A stretch of DNA of 64,000 nt from contig NC_043013.1 of assembly GCF_006345805.1 (NCBI RefSeq), positions 23,002,001-23,066,000 on the forward strand. Reading direction: 5' to 3'. The stretch is from Octopus sinensis (taxonomy: Eukaryota). The position numbers and the translations under genes were made by a program. Shown piece after piece: positions 1 through 12,490 of the stretch (position 1 is its first letter; every line of letters starts with the position of its first letter). The notes beneath the pieces are model-generated. The model made no database searches, was not told the origin of the DNA, and was given only the letters and a program-made list of their open reading frames with translations.

Positions 1-40
1 GAGAAGGGCTGATTGTGCGTGGCTGCGTATGTATATATAA

Positions 41-87
<47 letters not shown>

Positions 88-93
<6 letters not shown>

Positions 94-218
94 GTGACAA
101 TTATTCGGTAGCCAAGATAAAACTCCGAGTTTCGGATGCCGAGGAGGTGGAAATCCACGCCACCATCTCTTTCCACCTCGGAGTTTTATCTTGGTTACCG
201 AATAATTGTCACATAATA
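88..218. repeat. Foldback inverted repeat at the edge of a (TA)n tract; probable Penelope-like terminal fragment
   Basis: Arm 88-129 (tattatgtgacaattattcggtagccaagataaaactccgag) is the reverse complement of 177-218 with one mismatch. A diverged copy of the left part lies at about 30523-30580. Confidence 0.8.
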
Positions 219-290
219 CATTTACAGATAAATTCCTCTATTTACATAATATCGGTCTCTTTCTTTCTTTTGTATCTTACCGTTTTATCA

Positions 291-321
<31 letters not shown>

Positions 322-335
322 ATATATTATATATA

Positions 336-384
<49 letters not shown>

Positions 385-999
385 CTCTCGTATTAAATAT
401 AGAAATACTTTAATAGTATTATACTTTGATACAAAAGAGTACTCAAAATAAATTCAGTATATAATATTCTTATCGAATATATTTAACTAAAGTATATAAC
501 AACATACATTTACATATATATATATATAATATTATATATATAAAATGTATATTGTGTATGTAGTGTATGTGTAAAAGGAGGAGTTTATCTTATCCACTTT
601 TCTGAAAAGGACTCAATACATTTGGAATGTAGAATGTCAATAAAACTAAGTAAAAAGAAATGTACGATGAGTGACGAGGTGTCAGAGCGCCAGGAAAATA
701 GCCAGTTATAAATCATCAGATTTTGATGCAATGTGTGTGCATGTGTGCGCGCGCGAGCGTGTGTGTGTACACTTTTATACCTCAATGAGAATAATTACTG
801 TTGAATTGTAACAACATATGTTTATGACAAACTGCGTAGATACCTTATTTTCTCTGTTTGTATGAAATTGTATTTACGTACACAGATTGCTACACAAGAG
901 GCATTTCGTATATTCATATGCGTTGACAAGACTTTTAAAATTACTTGATTTATTAGATTCAACATAATGCGAAATAAATCATACCTGCACATATCTTAC

Positions 1000-2018
1000 A
1001 AAGGATGAAGATCACCTGTCAAGGGAGATAACTTGAAGACATCATTGCCTCAATTTAAGCCACTGCGACTGTTTTGGATCTGGATTCAAATACTTTAAAG
1101 TTACAAAAGCCTTCAGTATCTGTTTGGTTTTTTTGGTTTTTACACCGAGAGCTTTCCAATATCTCGAGATCCCTGATACGGTCCTTCTACTTAATGCCAT
1201 AGATCCGCCTGAGACACATCTCATGGAACCGTTCCGGTTGTTTAAGGTTGTATCGATATGTGACCCACGTCTCGCAGGCATAGAGAAGAGAAGAGAGCAC
1301 ACATGCCTTGTACACCTTTATCTTTGTCTTTCTGCATATGTCTCGCCGACTCCAGAGGCGCCTTTCTAGCCTTCCGAAATCATCACTTGCTTTCCTAATT
1401 CTGTATGGAATTTTATTATCCAAATTGCTATATATATTAACAGTGCTTCCCAGGTAGACAAACTGATCAGCTACATCAAGTAGTTTACCATACACATAGA
1501 CATTTGATACAGTATACTGCTTACCAGAGGCAGGTTGGTACATGACAACAGTTTTCTTGAGACTGACTGTCAATCCTAAGGCAGTGCAAGCATCAAAGAA
1601 TGCATTCAAAATGTGTTGCATATCAATCTCTATACAAAAAGTCTCTTATGATAGAGGTAAATACCTTTGTTTTTGCAGCAAAGCGCTTGATATTAAATAT
1701 GCTGCCTGAGGTTTGATAATGGATGTAAACACCATATCTGCAGTTTCTGGAGGCAATACAGAAGACCATCGCAAAATATATGGCAAATAGGGTCGGTGCC
1801 AGATTATCCCCCTGTTTCACTCCATTTTGTATTGAGATAGGCTCCGACATTTTTCCTCTAACATTAACTCTACCCTTCATGTCTTCATGAAAAGACCTAA
1901 CCAAAGCAAGGAACTTTTCAGGACACCTAAGTTTCTGGATGACTTTCCACAGTGCATTTCTATTAACGGTATCAAAGGCATTTGTCAGATCGACAAAAAC
2001 CTGATATAAATCCAGACC
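1000..2018 (-). mobile_element. RTE-clade LINE reverse transcriptase fragment, 5'-truncated and frameshifted
   Basis: Minus-strand motifs [52 protein letters not shown] and YKACVLSSLLYACETW; the YADD region is disrupted. Confidence 0.92.
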
Positions 2019-2086
2019 CTATATATGTACATATAGATATATATGTATATATATATACATATATGTGGTGTGTGTACATGTGTGTG

Positions 2087-2146
<60 letters not shown>

Positions 2147-2152
<6 letters not shown>

Positions 2153-2254
2153 AAGGAGCTTCTACAGGACTAGAACTGTTCCATTCAGATGAAATCTTCC
2201 TGAAGATTTCATCTGAATGGAACAGTTCTAGTCCTGTAGAAGCTCCTTCTATAA
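2147..2254. repeat. Perfect 53-bp-arm palindrome with a 2-nt loop between (TA)n tracts
   Basis: 2147-2199 is the exact reverse complement of 2202-2254. Confidence 0.95.
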
Positions 2255-2326
2255 AATAAATTACTTTACTCTGCTTTGTATTGAGTACTTTATTTACTGT
2301 GGTTAACCCCGACTCAACCCGGGACC

Positions 2327-2378
<52 letters not shown>

Positions 2379-2396
2379 AATAATATATAATATATA

Positions 2397-2436
<40 letters not shown>

Positions 2437-2454
2437 ATCATAGATATATTATGA

Positions 2455-2471
2455 GACTAGATAGATAGAAG

Positions 2472-2542
<71 letters not shown>
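2455..2542. repeat. (GATA)n microsatellite. Other large arrays: 7580-7720, 11590-11875, 19899-20010, 40560-40692, 41921-42142
   Basis: Direct reading of the sequence. Confidence 0.95.
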
Positions 2543-3066
2543 TGCTTGTGGGCAGATGTGGTGTGAAAAGGGTCAACACAAGACTCGATGCTTCCGGAAT
2601 CTCTTCAATTTAAAGAGACATTCATCAACCCAAACCTGACGGCCACCAACCTCTCGATTCATTAATGTCGACTCTCAATAAATCATAGTGTGTAGAAAAG
2701 GTTTCCCAGCGAACAATTACTTTAGATTACTAGTGGTGATCACCAAAGAAATTCCATTGACTAACGAGATACAACTCCGAACATAAATTACCATCGCCTG
2801 ACACACACAGACAGACACACGTAAACACAGAGAGACACATCGAATACACTTGAACACTTATGTAATGTGTACATCGTGTTTATCCGTGCGTGTGTGATAG
2901 CGCTGACGCTATTTAAGTGGTTGTGGTAGACTTAAGTGGAGTGATTATTGAAGTGAATGTTTGGCATCTGTCGAATTGGCGAAGGTCTTCCACTAAGAAT
3001 AGCGACAGAAACAAAGATTCGTTTAAAATGGTCGAAGAGTGTCAGGTGTTAATTAGTAACTTACAT

Positions 3067-3268
3067 CGTTTATCTTTTACTTCCTTCCCTTATTAGATCG
3101 CGGCCATGCTGGAATGCCGCCTGGAGGAATTTTTTGCTGAATCAATCGGACCCAGTACTTTTTTAAGTTTGGTAATTATTGTATCGGTCCCTTTTGCTGA
3201 ACCGGTAAGTAACTGGGACGTAAATATACTAATACGGCTCGTCAGGCGGTTGGGGTGAAATAAAAACA

Positions 3269-3303
<35 letters not shown>

Positions 3304-3520
3304 CCATACACAAACACAAACACACACACATATACTTATACATGTATGTATTTATGTATATACGACAGGCTTCCTTCAGTTTCCAGTTGCCAAATCCACT
3401 CACAAGGCTTTGATTGGCCTGAGACTATAGCAAAAGTCACTTTGCCAATGTGCCACGCAGTGGGATTGAACCCAGAACTATTTAGTTGGAAATCAAGCTT
3501 CTTATTACACAGCCACACTT
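3067..3520 (-). mobile_element. SINE family 1 copy (tRNA head, CORE-like box, internal CA/TG microsatellite)
   Basis: Diverged reverse-complement match to 29640-30050. Confidence 0.85.
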
Positions 3521-3982
3521 TCTCCTGGAGACGAAATAAAGTGGAGGAGAAAATTTGTGTGAGTCTTAAACAGCAGTCGCTCTTTAATGATTGATTGACC
3601 ATTATTAGGTAGGAATAAGAATGGATTGAAAGTTACTGTTTTTACACTGAAGGAAATAATTTCAATAATGCACTTTAGGTTTGATTGTGCAGCAACACGG
3701 GTTTAGTTTCAGTCCCACTGCGCGGCACCTTCGGCAAAATTAGTAAAGCTTTGAGAGTGAATTTGGTGAAGACAAATTGTGTGTAAAACTAATGCATAGA
3801 TATATACATACACACACACACCCACATATGTATATGTGAAAGTATGTAATCAGCCGAAATTGCGAAGATGATCCGGTTCTTGACTGATGACTGAGGGCTT
3901 CGAATGTCCCGTCCTGTGGTTCTTGTGTCGTCTTCTAGGTGTTTCACGTTCTTGTCCCAGGTTGTATATATTTTTTACTTTT

Positions 3983-4077
<95 letters not shown>

Positions 4078-4081
<4 letters not shown>

Positions 4082-4278
4082 ATCCAAACATGAAAACACA
4101 AAGAGAAAAACACAACAACGCGAGGACGTGGAACAAGTATAGTGTTATTGGACGCTCAGGAAGGAAAGGAAGAAGGAGGATTAACGTTTCGAGCGGAGCT
4201 CTTCGTCAGAAACAGGAAAAGGAAAGATCCAAGGGAAGATGGAGGAAAAAAAATCGCCAACGATACACACGCGGTCAC

Positions 4279-4280
<2 letters not shown>
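4078..4280 (-). mobile_element. Short TA-embedded element, family A, with a minimal hammerhead motif at 4179-4213
   Basis: Minus strand reads CTGACGA-A-GAGC-TCC-GCTC-GAAAC-GTT. Homologous to 22332-22515 and 58601-58800; (TA)n on both sides. Confidence 0.8.
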
Positions 4281-4317
<37 letters not shown>

Positions 4318-4578
4318 TGAAAGAGTTGGTATGTAAAAGCAAGACAAAATAGAGTGTAAAAACTACAGATGACTTGTGTTATGGTCAAATAATATTTTTA
4401 AATCGTTATTGTAGAAAAATGTTAGAAAATTTGGCGTATAGTAACATTGTTTTGGGGGAAATAACCAGTTTCGTATTTTCTTTCAAATTTCTCAAATTTC
4501 TTTGCTTATATTGTGTCATCTCTTCGCTATATATTTATATATATATATATATATTCTATATATTCCTTCGCTATTATT

Positions 4579-4610
<32 letters not shown>

Positions 4611-4862
4611 TCCTTTGGAATAAAACCATGTTGTCTTCGAAACATATGTCGAGAGTAAAGGAATTTTGTTAACATCTTCGTTCAACTCCATTCATTTATT
4701 TATTCATATATAACACACAAATTTCTGCACATGAACCCGGAGTTTCTACCCTTGGACAGGTCGCTTCAACCGTGTTTCTGACGTGAATTTGCTACCCTGG
4801 TATCGGTTCATCGAATTTTCCATGTTGACGGTAAACATAGGATAATTCATTCACCTATCGAA

Positions 4863-4863
<1 letters not shown>
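4611..4863 (+). mobile_element. TA-embedded element, family C, 5'-truncated; retains the 3' half of a hammerhead (GAAAC-ATAT-GTC, 4639-4650)
   Basis: Shares atcttcgttcaactccatt and tttgctacc..ggtatcggtt with 51860-52262. Confidence 0.65.
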
Positions 4864-4936
<73 letters not shown>

Positions 4937-5052
4937 TTATATATCTTTTGTCTCCAGTTCCTCTTGAGCACTTCTAAGTGCAAAGCTTAACTTTCTGATT
5001 AATCATATTCTTTCTCAAAAAAATTGTGTGTGTTTGTGTGTGTGTGTGTGTC

Positions 5053-5124
<72 letters not shown>

Positions 5125-5300
5125 AATCCATAATTAAAATAAAAACAGGAAAAACCAAAAGGTCAGCTGAACGTACTCAGTGAATATACTAGCTTAACGC
5201 TCGGTGAAATTTTATTTGGAAAGATAGGAATAGAAATGACATTTCGAGCATGACTCTTCGTCGGATAGAAGAAAAAAATTCAGAGAAGTGGAAAAGAAGA
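5125..5300 (-). mobile_element. Degenerate relative of families A/B with a decayed hammerhead at 5234-5268
   Basis: Minus strand reads CCGACGA-A-GAGT-CAT-GCTC-GAAAT-GTC, followed downstream by the ccgagcgtta motif. Confidence 0.55.
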
Positions 5301-5451
5301 AAGAAGCACGTGAAGACGAGGTAAAACAAAGACCAAGTGCTTTAGGTTGACACTCAGGAAATGGGAAAATCTTTCGAAGATTCATTCTTCATCTCGAAGG
5401 AGAAACAAAGCGAAACAAAAAATGAAAGAAAAATTGAAGCGGCTTTTTTTC

Positions 5452-5828
5452 CATTTTGCTGCTTTCAGTCATTGGATTGCGGCCATGCTGGGGCACCGCC
5501 TTGAAAGCTAATTTTAGTTGATCAAATCGACCATAATACTTATCTTTTTGAAATTTGGTACATATTCTATCGGTTCTCTATTGCCGAACCGCAACTTTAT
5601 CGGGACGTAAACGAACCAACACTGGTAGTCAAACGATGGAGAGACAAACACAAATACAAGGACACACACGCACTTACACATTCACACACACACACAAACA
5701 CGACAGGCTTCCACACAGTTTCCATCTACTAAAGTTATTCACAAGACATTACTCGGCTAAGGTGCTTCGCACTGGGATTGAACCCGAAACTACATGGTTG
5801 CAAAACGAGCTTCTTAACCACACGCCAA
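5452..5828 (-). mobile_element. SINE family 1 copy
   Basis: Homology to 29640-30050, with an internal deletion. Confidence 0.8.
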
Positions 5829-5879
5829 TGTCGATGTTGTTTGCTTTTTTAGTTGAAACTTACCTGATATCTAAATATT

Positions 5880-6257
5880 TTTTTGTACTCTAAGCACAAG
5901 GCCCGAAATTTTGTAGAAGGGGCCAGTCGATTAGATCGACCCCAGTACGCAAATGGTATTTAATTTATCGACCCCGAAAGCCAAAGTCGACCTCGGTGGA
6001 ATTTGAAATCAGAACGTAACGGCAGACGAAATACCTATTTCTTTACTATCCACAAGGGGCTAAACACACAGAGAACAGACAAACGGATTAAGTCGATTAT
6101 ATCGACCCTAGTGCGTAACAGGTACTTAATTTATCGACCCCGAAAGGATGAAAGGCAAAGTCGACCTCGGCGGATTTTGAACTCAGAACGTAGCGGCAGA
6201 CGAAATACGGCTACGCATTTCGCCCGGCCTGCTAACGGTTCTGCCATCTCGCCGCCT
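5880..6257 (-). mobile_element. SINE family 2 dimer (tRNA head, Meta/MESC-like central box) with a 16-bp TSD
   Basis: Head ggcggcgagatggcagaaccgttagc with B-box gagttcaaaatcc and central cctttcatcctttcggggtcgataaattaagtacc. TSD ctgatatctaaatatt at 5864-5879 and 6259-6274. Confidence 0.9.
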
Positions 6258-6331
6258 TCTGATATCTAAATATTAGGAAGAGTTGGGGATGGGAGAATCC
6301 GAAAGGCTGCTGCTGCCGCCGGCGCTGCTAC

Positions 6332-6365
<34 letters not shown>

Positions 6366-6484
6366 GCTGCTGCTTAGCCCCATGTCAAGTCAACCTTGGT
6401 TGAGCCGACCTTGATGATAAAACGCTTTTCACCAGCCCTAATCATTCTGCTTTTTCACATAAACTCATTCAGTTCTATCAAATA

Positions 6485-6870
6485 TGCGCAGACGTGGTTG
6501 CGTGGTAAGATGTTTGCTTCCCAACCACATGGATCTGGGTTCAGTCTCACAGCGTAGCACCTTGGCCAAGAATTTTATATTATACTCTTGGGCTGACCAA
6601 AACCTTGTGAGCGGATTTGGTAGACGGAAACTTTATGAAATCCGCCGTATGTGTGTGAGAGTGTCTCCATGTCTGTATTTGCCCCCACCCCCACCTGACA
6701 ACTGAAGCTGGTGTGTTTACGTGCCCGTAACTTAACGGTTCGGCGGAAGGACCCGATATAATAAGTAAAAAAATTAAGTAATAGTGTCGAGTCGTTCGAC
6801 TCAAATTTCTTTCAGGTGGTGCTCCAGCATGGTCGCAGTGTAATGATTGAAACAAGTAAAAAGTAAAAGA
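6485..6870 (+). mobile_element. SINE family 1 copy
   Basis: Homology to 29640-30050. Confidence 0.85.
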
Positions 6871-7578
6871 TAAATGCGTCGTTTCGTTACGCAAGTCTGA
6901 AGGAGATTTGGCTGCTTTTTCTAGCAGATCGATCGATAGCCTAGAAGCTGTTCTGTTCTTTAAAATGTTGAAAAGGTAGAGGGGAGAGAGTGAGGGTGAA
7001 AGGGCAAAAGAAAGAGAAAGAGAAAGAGAGAGAGAGAGAGAGCTATCTGGAGAAGAACAGTAATAAAGAATCCTAAGATGTTTCCAATATCCCATCTGTG
7101 TGTGTTCTTTCTTCAAATTTCCTTCAGGTTTTCCAAACTTTAATCAAACTGCTATCATGCTCCATCGAATTTGCTGGATGGTTATGGGAATTTCTCTGAG
7201 ATTCCAAGTTTAATAAAGTTCTTTTCTTCCTTCGTCGGTGGTGTACAGCTTGTAGATATAAGAAGAACGATTCGAAAAATATTGTTTCCTCGATGGCCAG
7301 GTGTCTAAAAGTATGTATGTATAGATGGATGGATGTATGTATATATGTGTGTATGTATGTATGTTTGTATGTATGTATGTACCTATGTATGTGTGTATGT
7401 ATGTACCTATGTATGTGTGTATGTATGTATGTATGTATGTATGTGTATTATGTATCTGTATGTGGGTATGAATGCAGGTATGTACACATGGATATATGAT
7501 GCATGTATGTGTGCGGGTGTATGTGTGCATGTATATTGCATGTATGCCTATATGTATGTATATACAAACAGACAGACT

Positions 7579-7720
<142 letters not shown>

Positions 7721-8469
7721 ATTATTTGCGGCGGAGGCAGTATTAATATCAAAAAGCAATCTTTATATCCAGCTTAAGGTGGCTGTTCTGTTAGAAACTT
7801 GAAGACTGCGGAATTCGCCTTGAGAGGTCGTCTCATTTAGACTCATGGGGCATAATAAAAGCCCGCGAATTTACGTCGTTAGCAGATGAGAATCGTTTGC
7901 CATGGGCGTCGGGACTGCCAGACCACGTGATTTCGACTTATCACGTCCCTTCAATGAGAGGTGCCCACTAGCCACATGGCGAGTGGTGGTGGTGGGTAGT
8001 GGTGGCGGTGGTGCTGGTGGTGGTGGTGGTGGTCGTCGTCGTCGTCGTTGTGGTCGTCGTGGTGGCTGCGGCGGCGGCGGCGGTAGTGGGGGTGGTGGTG
8101 GTGGGGGGGGGGGGGGAGAAGGTGCTAGAAAAGATGCATTTAAACCTGTCTATCCTCTGATGCTGGTTGGTTTTCTGTGTCTAACGGCGTTTCATCAAAA
8201 TCAGGAATGAACAAAGACTTAGCACAAGGTTTTTATTTTAAAATTAAAAACCCTTTTAACAGCGAACATCACAACATGGCTGGAGCAATATTTTCCGAAA
8301 TTCCTCTTTTTGACGAAGGCCATTTGTCAGAAGCTTCCTCTGGCTTCACAATATTCTATTTTATTAAAAGAAACGTATCTGTTGGATTTGCTGCATAAAT
8401 CAGTCTAATGGAAGATTTAGAGCGATCAAACGGCATAAATAATCGAATAAGGAAGATAAGAATCCCACG

Positions 8470-9140
8470 GGCATGCGACTAAAATGTCTTTCTTCTTTTG
8501 GTCTACAAACTCTTCGAGCAAACGGGAATGCAGCCTCATCTTTCTGGGAGTCACTCAGTCATACTTTTTCTGATACACATACTCAGGTCAAACTAATTGC
8601 TCTGGAAGATTCCAATACTCGTGTTGGTCAACGATTTAAGACTTGGAGTGCATTTGGCTGCCGTGGCAGACATGACAATTGCAATGGATTGCACCTCAAC
8701 ATTGCTCTGTATCTAATTTAAAATTCTGTAACGCTTTTCATGCACAAATCGTGGCATGAAATGACATGGAGGTATCCACACTCAGAGAAAGATCACATGA
8801 TTGATTTTATCCTTCCTTCAAAAGTCTGATACGCCAAATGTCTACAATCTACGTGTTTTATGTTAGTAGAGACGGGTGTGACATTGACCGTAAACTTGCT
8901 CGGGCTGAATTCGAATTTCGGTTTCCTGAGAAAATTCACGTGAATCGTGGAAGTGCACCAAAGCGAATTGATTTTGATATAAACTAACTGAATCAGATTT
9001 TCGGAAATTGTACAAGACAAGCACAATGATATCAGTTTTGATGGAATCTGGAGAAATGTCATGGATAGGGTATATGATTTGGGACATCGCTATCATGGGA
9101 ATAAAAAGTTATTCAAACACTGGTTTGACTCAATGAAATT
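8470..9140 (+). mobile_element. Decayed LINE apurinic-endonuclease region (RTE-like)
   Basis: Fragments LIALEDSNTRVG, NCNGLHL, TWRYPHSEKDHMIDFIL and DIDRKLARAEF resemble APE motifs (GDFNARVG, TWxHP..HxIDY, DSDH); frameshifted. Confidence 0.7.
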
Positions 9141-9146
9141 TATGAT

Positions 9147-10450
9147 TTGTTGTTGAAAAATCAATTACAAATATATGATGGACACAAATTAACTTCTGCT
9201 TTCAGAAGTTCATTTTCATTCCTCCTTGTTCAGATCCAGTTGGAACTCTCCTCAACTGATTCTGCTGTTGCCTTAAGAACCCGGTCCGTCTTTTCCCAGA
9301 AACTGAGAGTCGTTCTTGAGATCGTAGGCATATTTTCTTACAAATCATCTCGCCTCCACTTCTATGGCCAGAACTTTGACTTTGAAGTCAGATTCTCTCT
9401 GTTTTTGTTTTTCTCAATCTTGTAGATACGAGATTTCTCTATTCTTTGATTTTTCGCAGTGAGTTGAGGATTGCTGGATGCGGTTTCCAATCTGGAAGAT
9501 CTGCTGAGTAACCCCAGGAATCCCTTCCCTTCTTATAGATCCTGCTTCCAAAATTCAATTGGTATGTCCCTTCCAGACCACAATGTTTTGCCTCATGACC
9601 TGTAGAACACTGGTGGCGCTTCTGTGGCATCGTTTTCCTTCTCGTAGCACAAATCATAAACCAGATCTATTTAAGCACACACGATTGCGACTTAGGATGG
9701 TGTAATTCATGCGTGGTATTGTTCCCAGAAATGCATCATTCATTGTTTTGTCCAGACAGGACAGTTCACAGGTGCTATAGTTTATTAGTTTATCACGCTA
9801 TAGTTTATTATCACGCTATAGTTTATCACGTATGGCTTACTTTCACAACATGATATACTATAGAAAATGCCATAGTTCGCAATATTGTATGGTTCCCACG
9901 TTGTATAGTTCCTTCCAAATCCAAAGTGATATGGTTCGCAAGATGATATTCTTCGCAACATACTATACTTCACAAATCATAGTTCATTTTAATATAAACA
10001 TGGTATCGTTCACATCTGGTTACACAAGATGCTATTGCACAGACAAGGTATAGTGTTCATGTGGTATAGTCTACCAGAAGGTATACTGTACGAAAGTTCA
10101 CAAGATTATATATTTCTCAAGGGGATACAGGAAGATATATTTCACGAGGTCGTATATATTAACCGTCATATCAAGTACCTGGTATACATGAGTGGTAACA
10201 TTCACACGATCAAATAATTCAGCGATTCCTAATCGGATAAATACCAGGACCAGGTCCCACCTCAACTCTTTAGGAAACAAAACTTGCAACCGTTTTATAA
10301 GTTCATTCTTCGCCGTGGAATTGGTCAAGTTTATTAGTTTTAAACCCTTTTCCCGTCATTAAACATAGCAATTTGCCCGCCTCCTTTTCAGTCCTCATTG
10401 TCCCCCACTTCGGGGGAGGGGGTGCCTGGCCCCCGCCTATGGGGAACACA
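9147..10450 (-). mobile_element. Probable decayed retroelement ORF1/gag-like region with a zinc-knuckle remnant and internal degenerate repeats
   Basis: RHQCSTGHEAKHC resembles CX2CX4HX4C; a repetitive tract lies at 9780-10200. Confidence 0.4.
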
Positions 10451-11009
10451 ATTATAGGTCACTGTTATATAAAGATAGTTCTCAAAATGGTCATATTTCA
10501 GAAGGATGCTGCTGCTACTAATTAAGATAATCTGTCTGCGGCAAGAGAAGAGATAGCAGTTTTGCTGAGATGGAGCTTAAAACGTAGTCAGTTGTATTTG
10601 TTCTGGTGAAGTATTGATGGAACAATTTACCAGGGCGCTGCATAGCCGAATGGTCCAGAAGTTTGCTTCGTACTCACGAGTTCGCGAGTTCGACCCCACT
10701 GCATGGTGTCATAAGCAAATGTCTTGTACCAGTCCAGTGAACCGAGTCAAACCTTAGAAATGAAGTTAGATAAACGGAAAATGTGTTGAAGCCCATCGGA
10801 TGGATACAAAGTTCCACCCTTGACAAACTATATCACACTGATTCTACTGGAAAATCATGTAAAGGGCGCACTTGTCTGTTGAGTACTTAACCACTTTAAT
10901 ATTTATTCAACGAGGAAGTAATTCAATCATCGTCGACACCATCGGAGATCCATTCATGTTACGTTTCACAAAGTGCTATAGCTTGCCAGACGATATAACT
11001 CGCCAGCTG

Positions 11010-11180
11010 CCAAGGAGTGGTTAATTCGATTACATTTATCCCAGTATTCAACTGGTACTTATTTTATCGGCCCCGAAGGTAAAGGTGGCCTGGGTGGTGT
11101 TTGAACTCAGAACTTAAAGACAGACAAAATGCTGCTAAGTATGTTTCCCAGTGTGCTAACCATTCTGCCAGCTCGCCGCC
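11010..11180 (-). mobile_element. SINE family 2 monomer, diverged
   Basis: Head ggcggcgagctggcagaatggttagc; central ggggccgataaaataagtaccag. Confidence 0.8.
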
Positions 11181-11712
11181 TTCTCTTCAATGTTCTATTA
11201 AAGTGACATACTTCATTAGCGTAAGCAGTGGCAGCACAATGAATCTGACGTGTGTTTCTTTGGCTTCTAGTACAGAGTTGAACGTCCCCCGCTGCGTGAA
11301 GCAGAGTCGAATGTTATGGAAGTGGATCACTGTTATAAAACAAAGAAGTGTTACAGAAGGCAGCGACATAAACAACAAGCACCAAATTGCGGTTCTTCGG
11401 TATGTTTTGGGGAATGAAGCAATTTAGAAATCAATATATTGGTTCTGTTAACGAAACACGAAACAGGAGAGACTCGTAGAGAAGCGAAGAAATGGACTAG
11501 AATATCGCAGGTAGGAATCCAAATACAAATTCCACTCCTTGTGGTTAGGTGACCTTCTTTCACTTTCATTGGCGAAAATAAATAGACAGACAGATAGATA
11601 GACAGTTAGATAGACAGATCGATCTATAGACAGATCGATCGATAGATAGATAGATAACCGATAGATAGATGGATAGATAGAGGGAGAGAGAGAGCGAGAT
11701 AACAGATAGATG

Positions 11713-11873
<161 letters not shown>

Positions 11874-11899
11874 CGACAGCTACATAGATAGATAGCTAG

Positions 11900-11959
<60 letters not shown>

Positions 11960-12202
11960 CTAACAGCTAACTAGTTAGCTGGATAGATATTTTTTATTCA
12001 GTTATAAAGGTCTCGAATCTATGGGGAGATACTCTGAGAGTCGATGTTAGGATAGTGGGGCGTTTCCTGAATAGTCGATCTGTCATTCAAGTCATATTGT
12101 TTACAACTGGACACTTGGAAATCGAAACCGCAACGTTTGCACCGTTGACCAGGAGCTTTGCCTTTTACTAGACGACGCAATCTGTACGTATTGCTGATAA
12201 TG

Positions 12203-12401
12203 TTAGTTGTTGCTGCTGCTGTTGTTGCTGTTGATGATGATGATGATGGTGATGATGATGGTGATGGTAGTGGTGGTGGTGGTGATGGTGGTGGTGGTGG
12301 TGGTGGTGGTGGTGATGGTGGTGGTGGTGGTGGGGGTGGTGGTGGTGGTGTGGTGGTGGTGGTGGTGGTGATGATGGTGGTGGTGGTGGTGATGATGATG
12401 G

Positions 12402-12436
<35 letters not shown>

Positions 12437-12449
12437 GTGATGATGATGG

Positions 12450-12490
<41 letters not shown>

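Noticed and set aside
15-451. YIYI, CVCV, HTHT and IYLS ORFs here and throughout the window
   Set aside because: They are translations of di- and tetranucleotide microsatellites that happen to lack stop codons.
7100-7310. Possible GIY-YIG remnant on the minus strand (YIYKLYTTDEGRKELY)
   Set aside because: Too short and degraded to support without a profile search.
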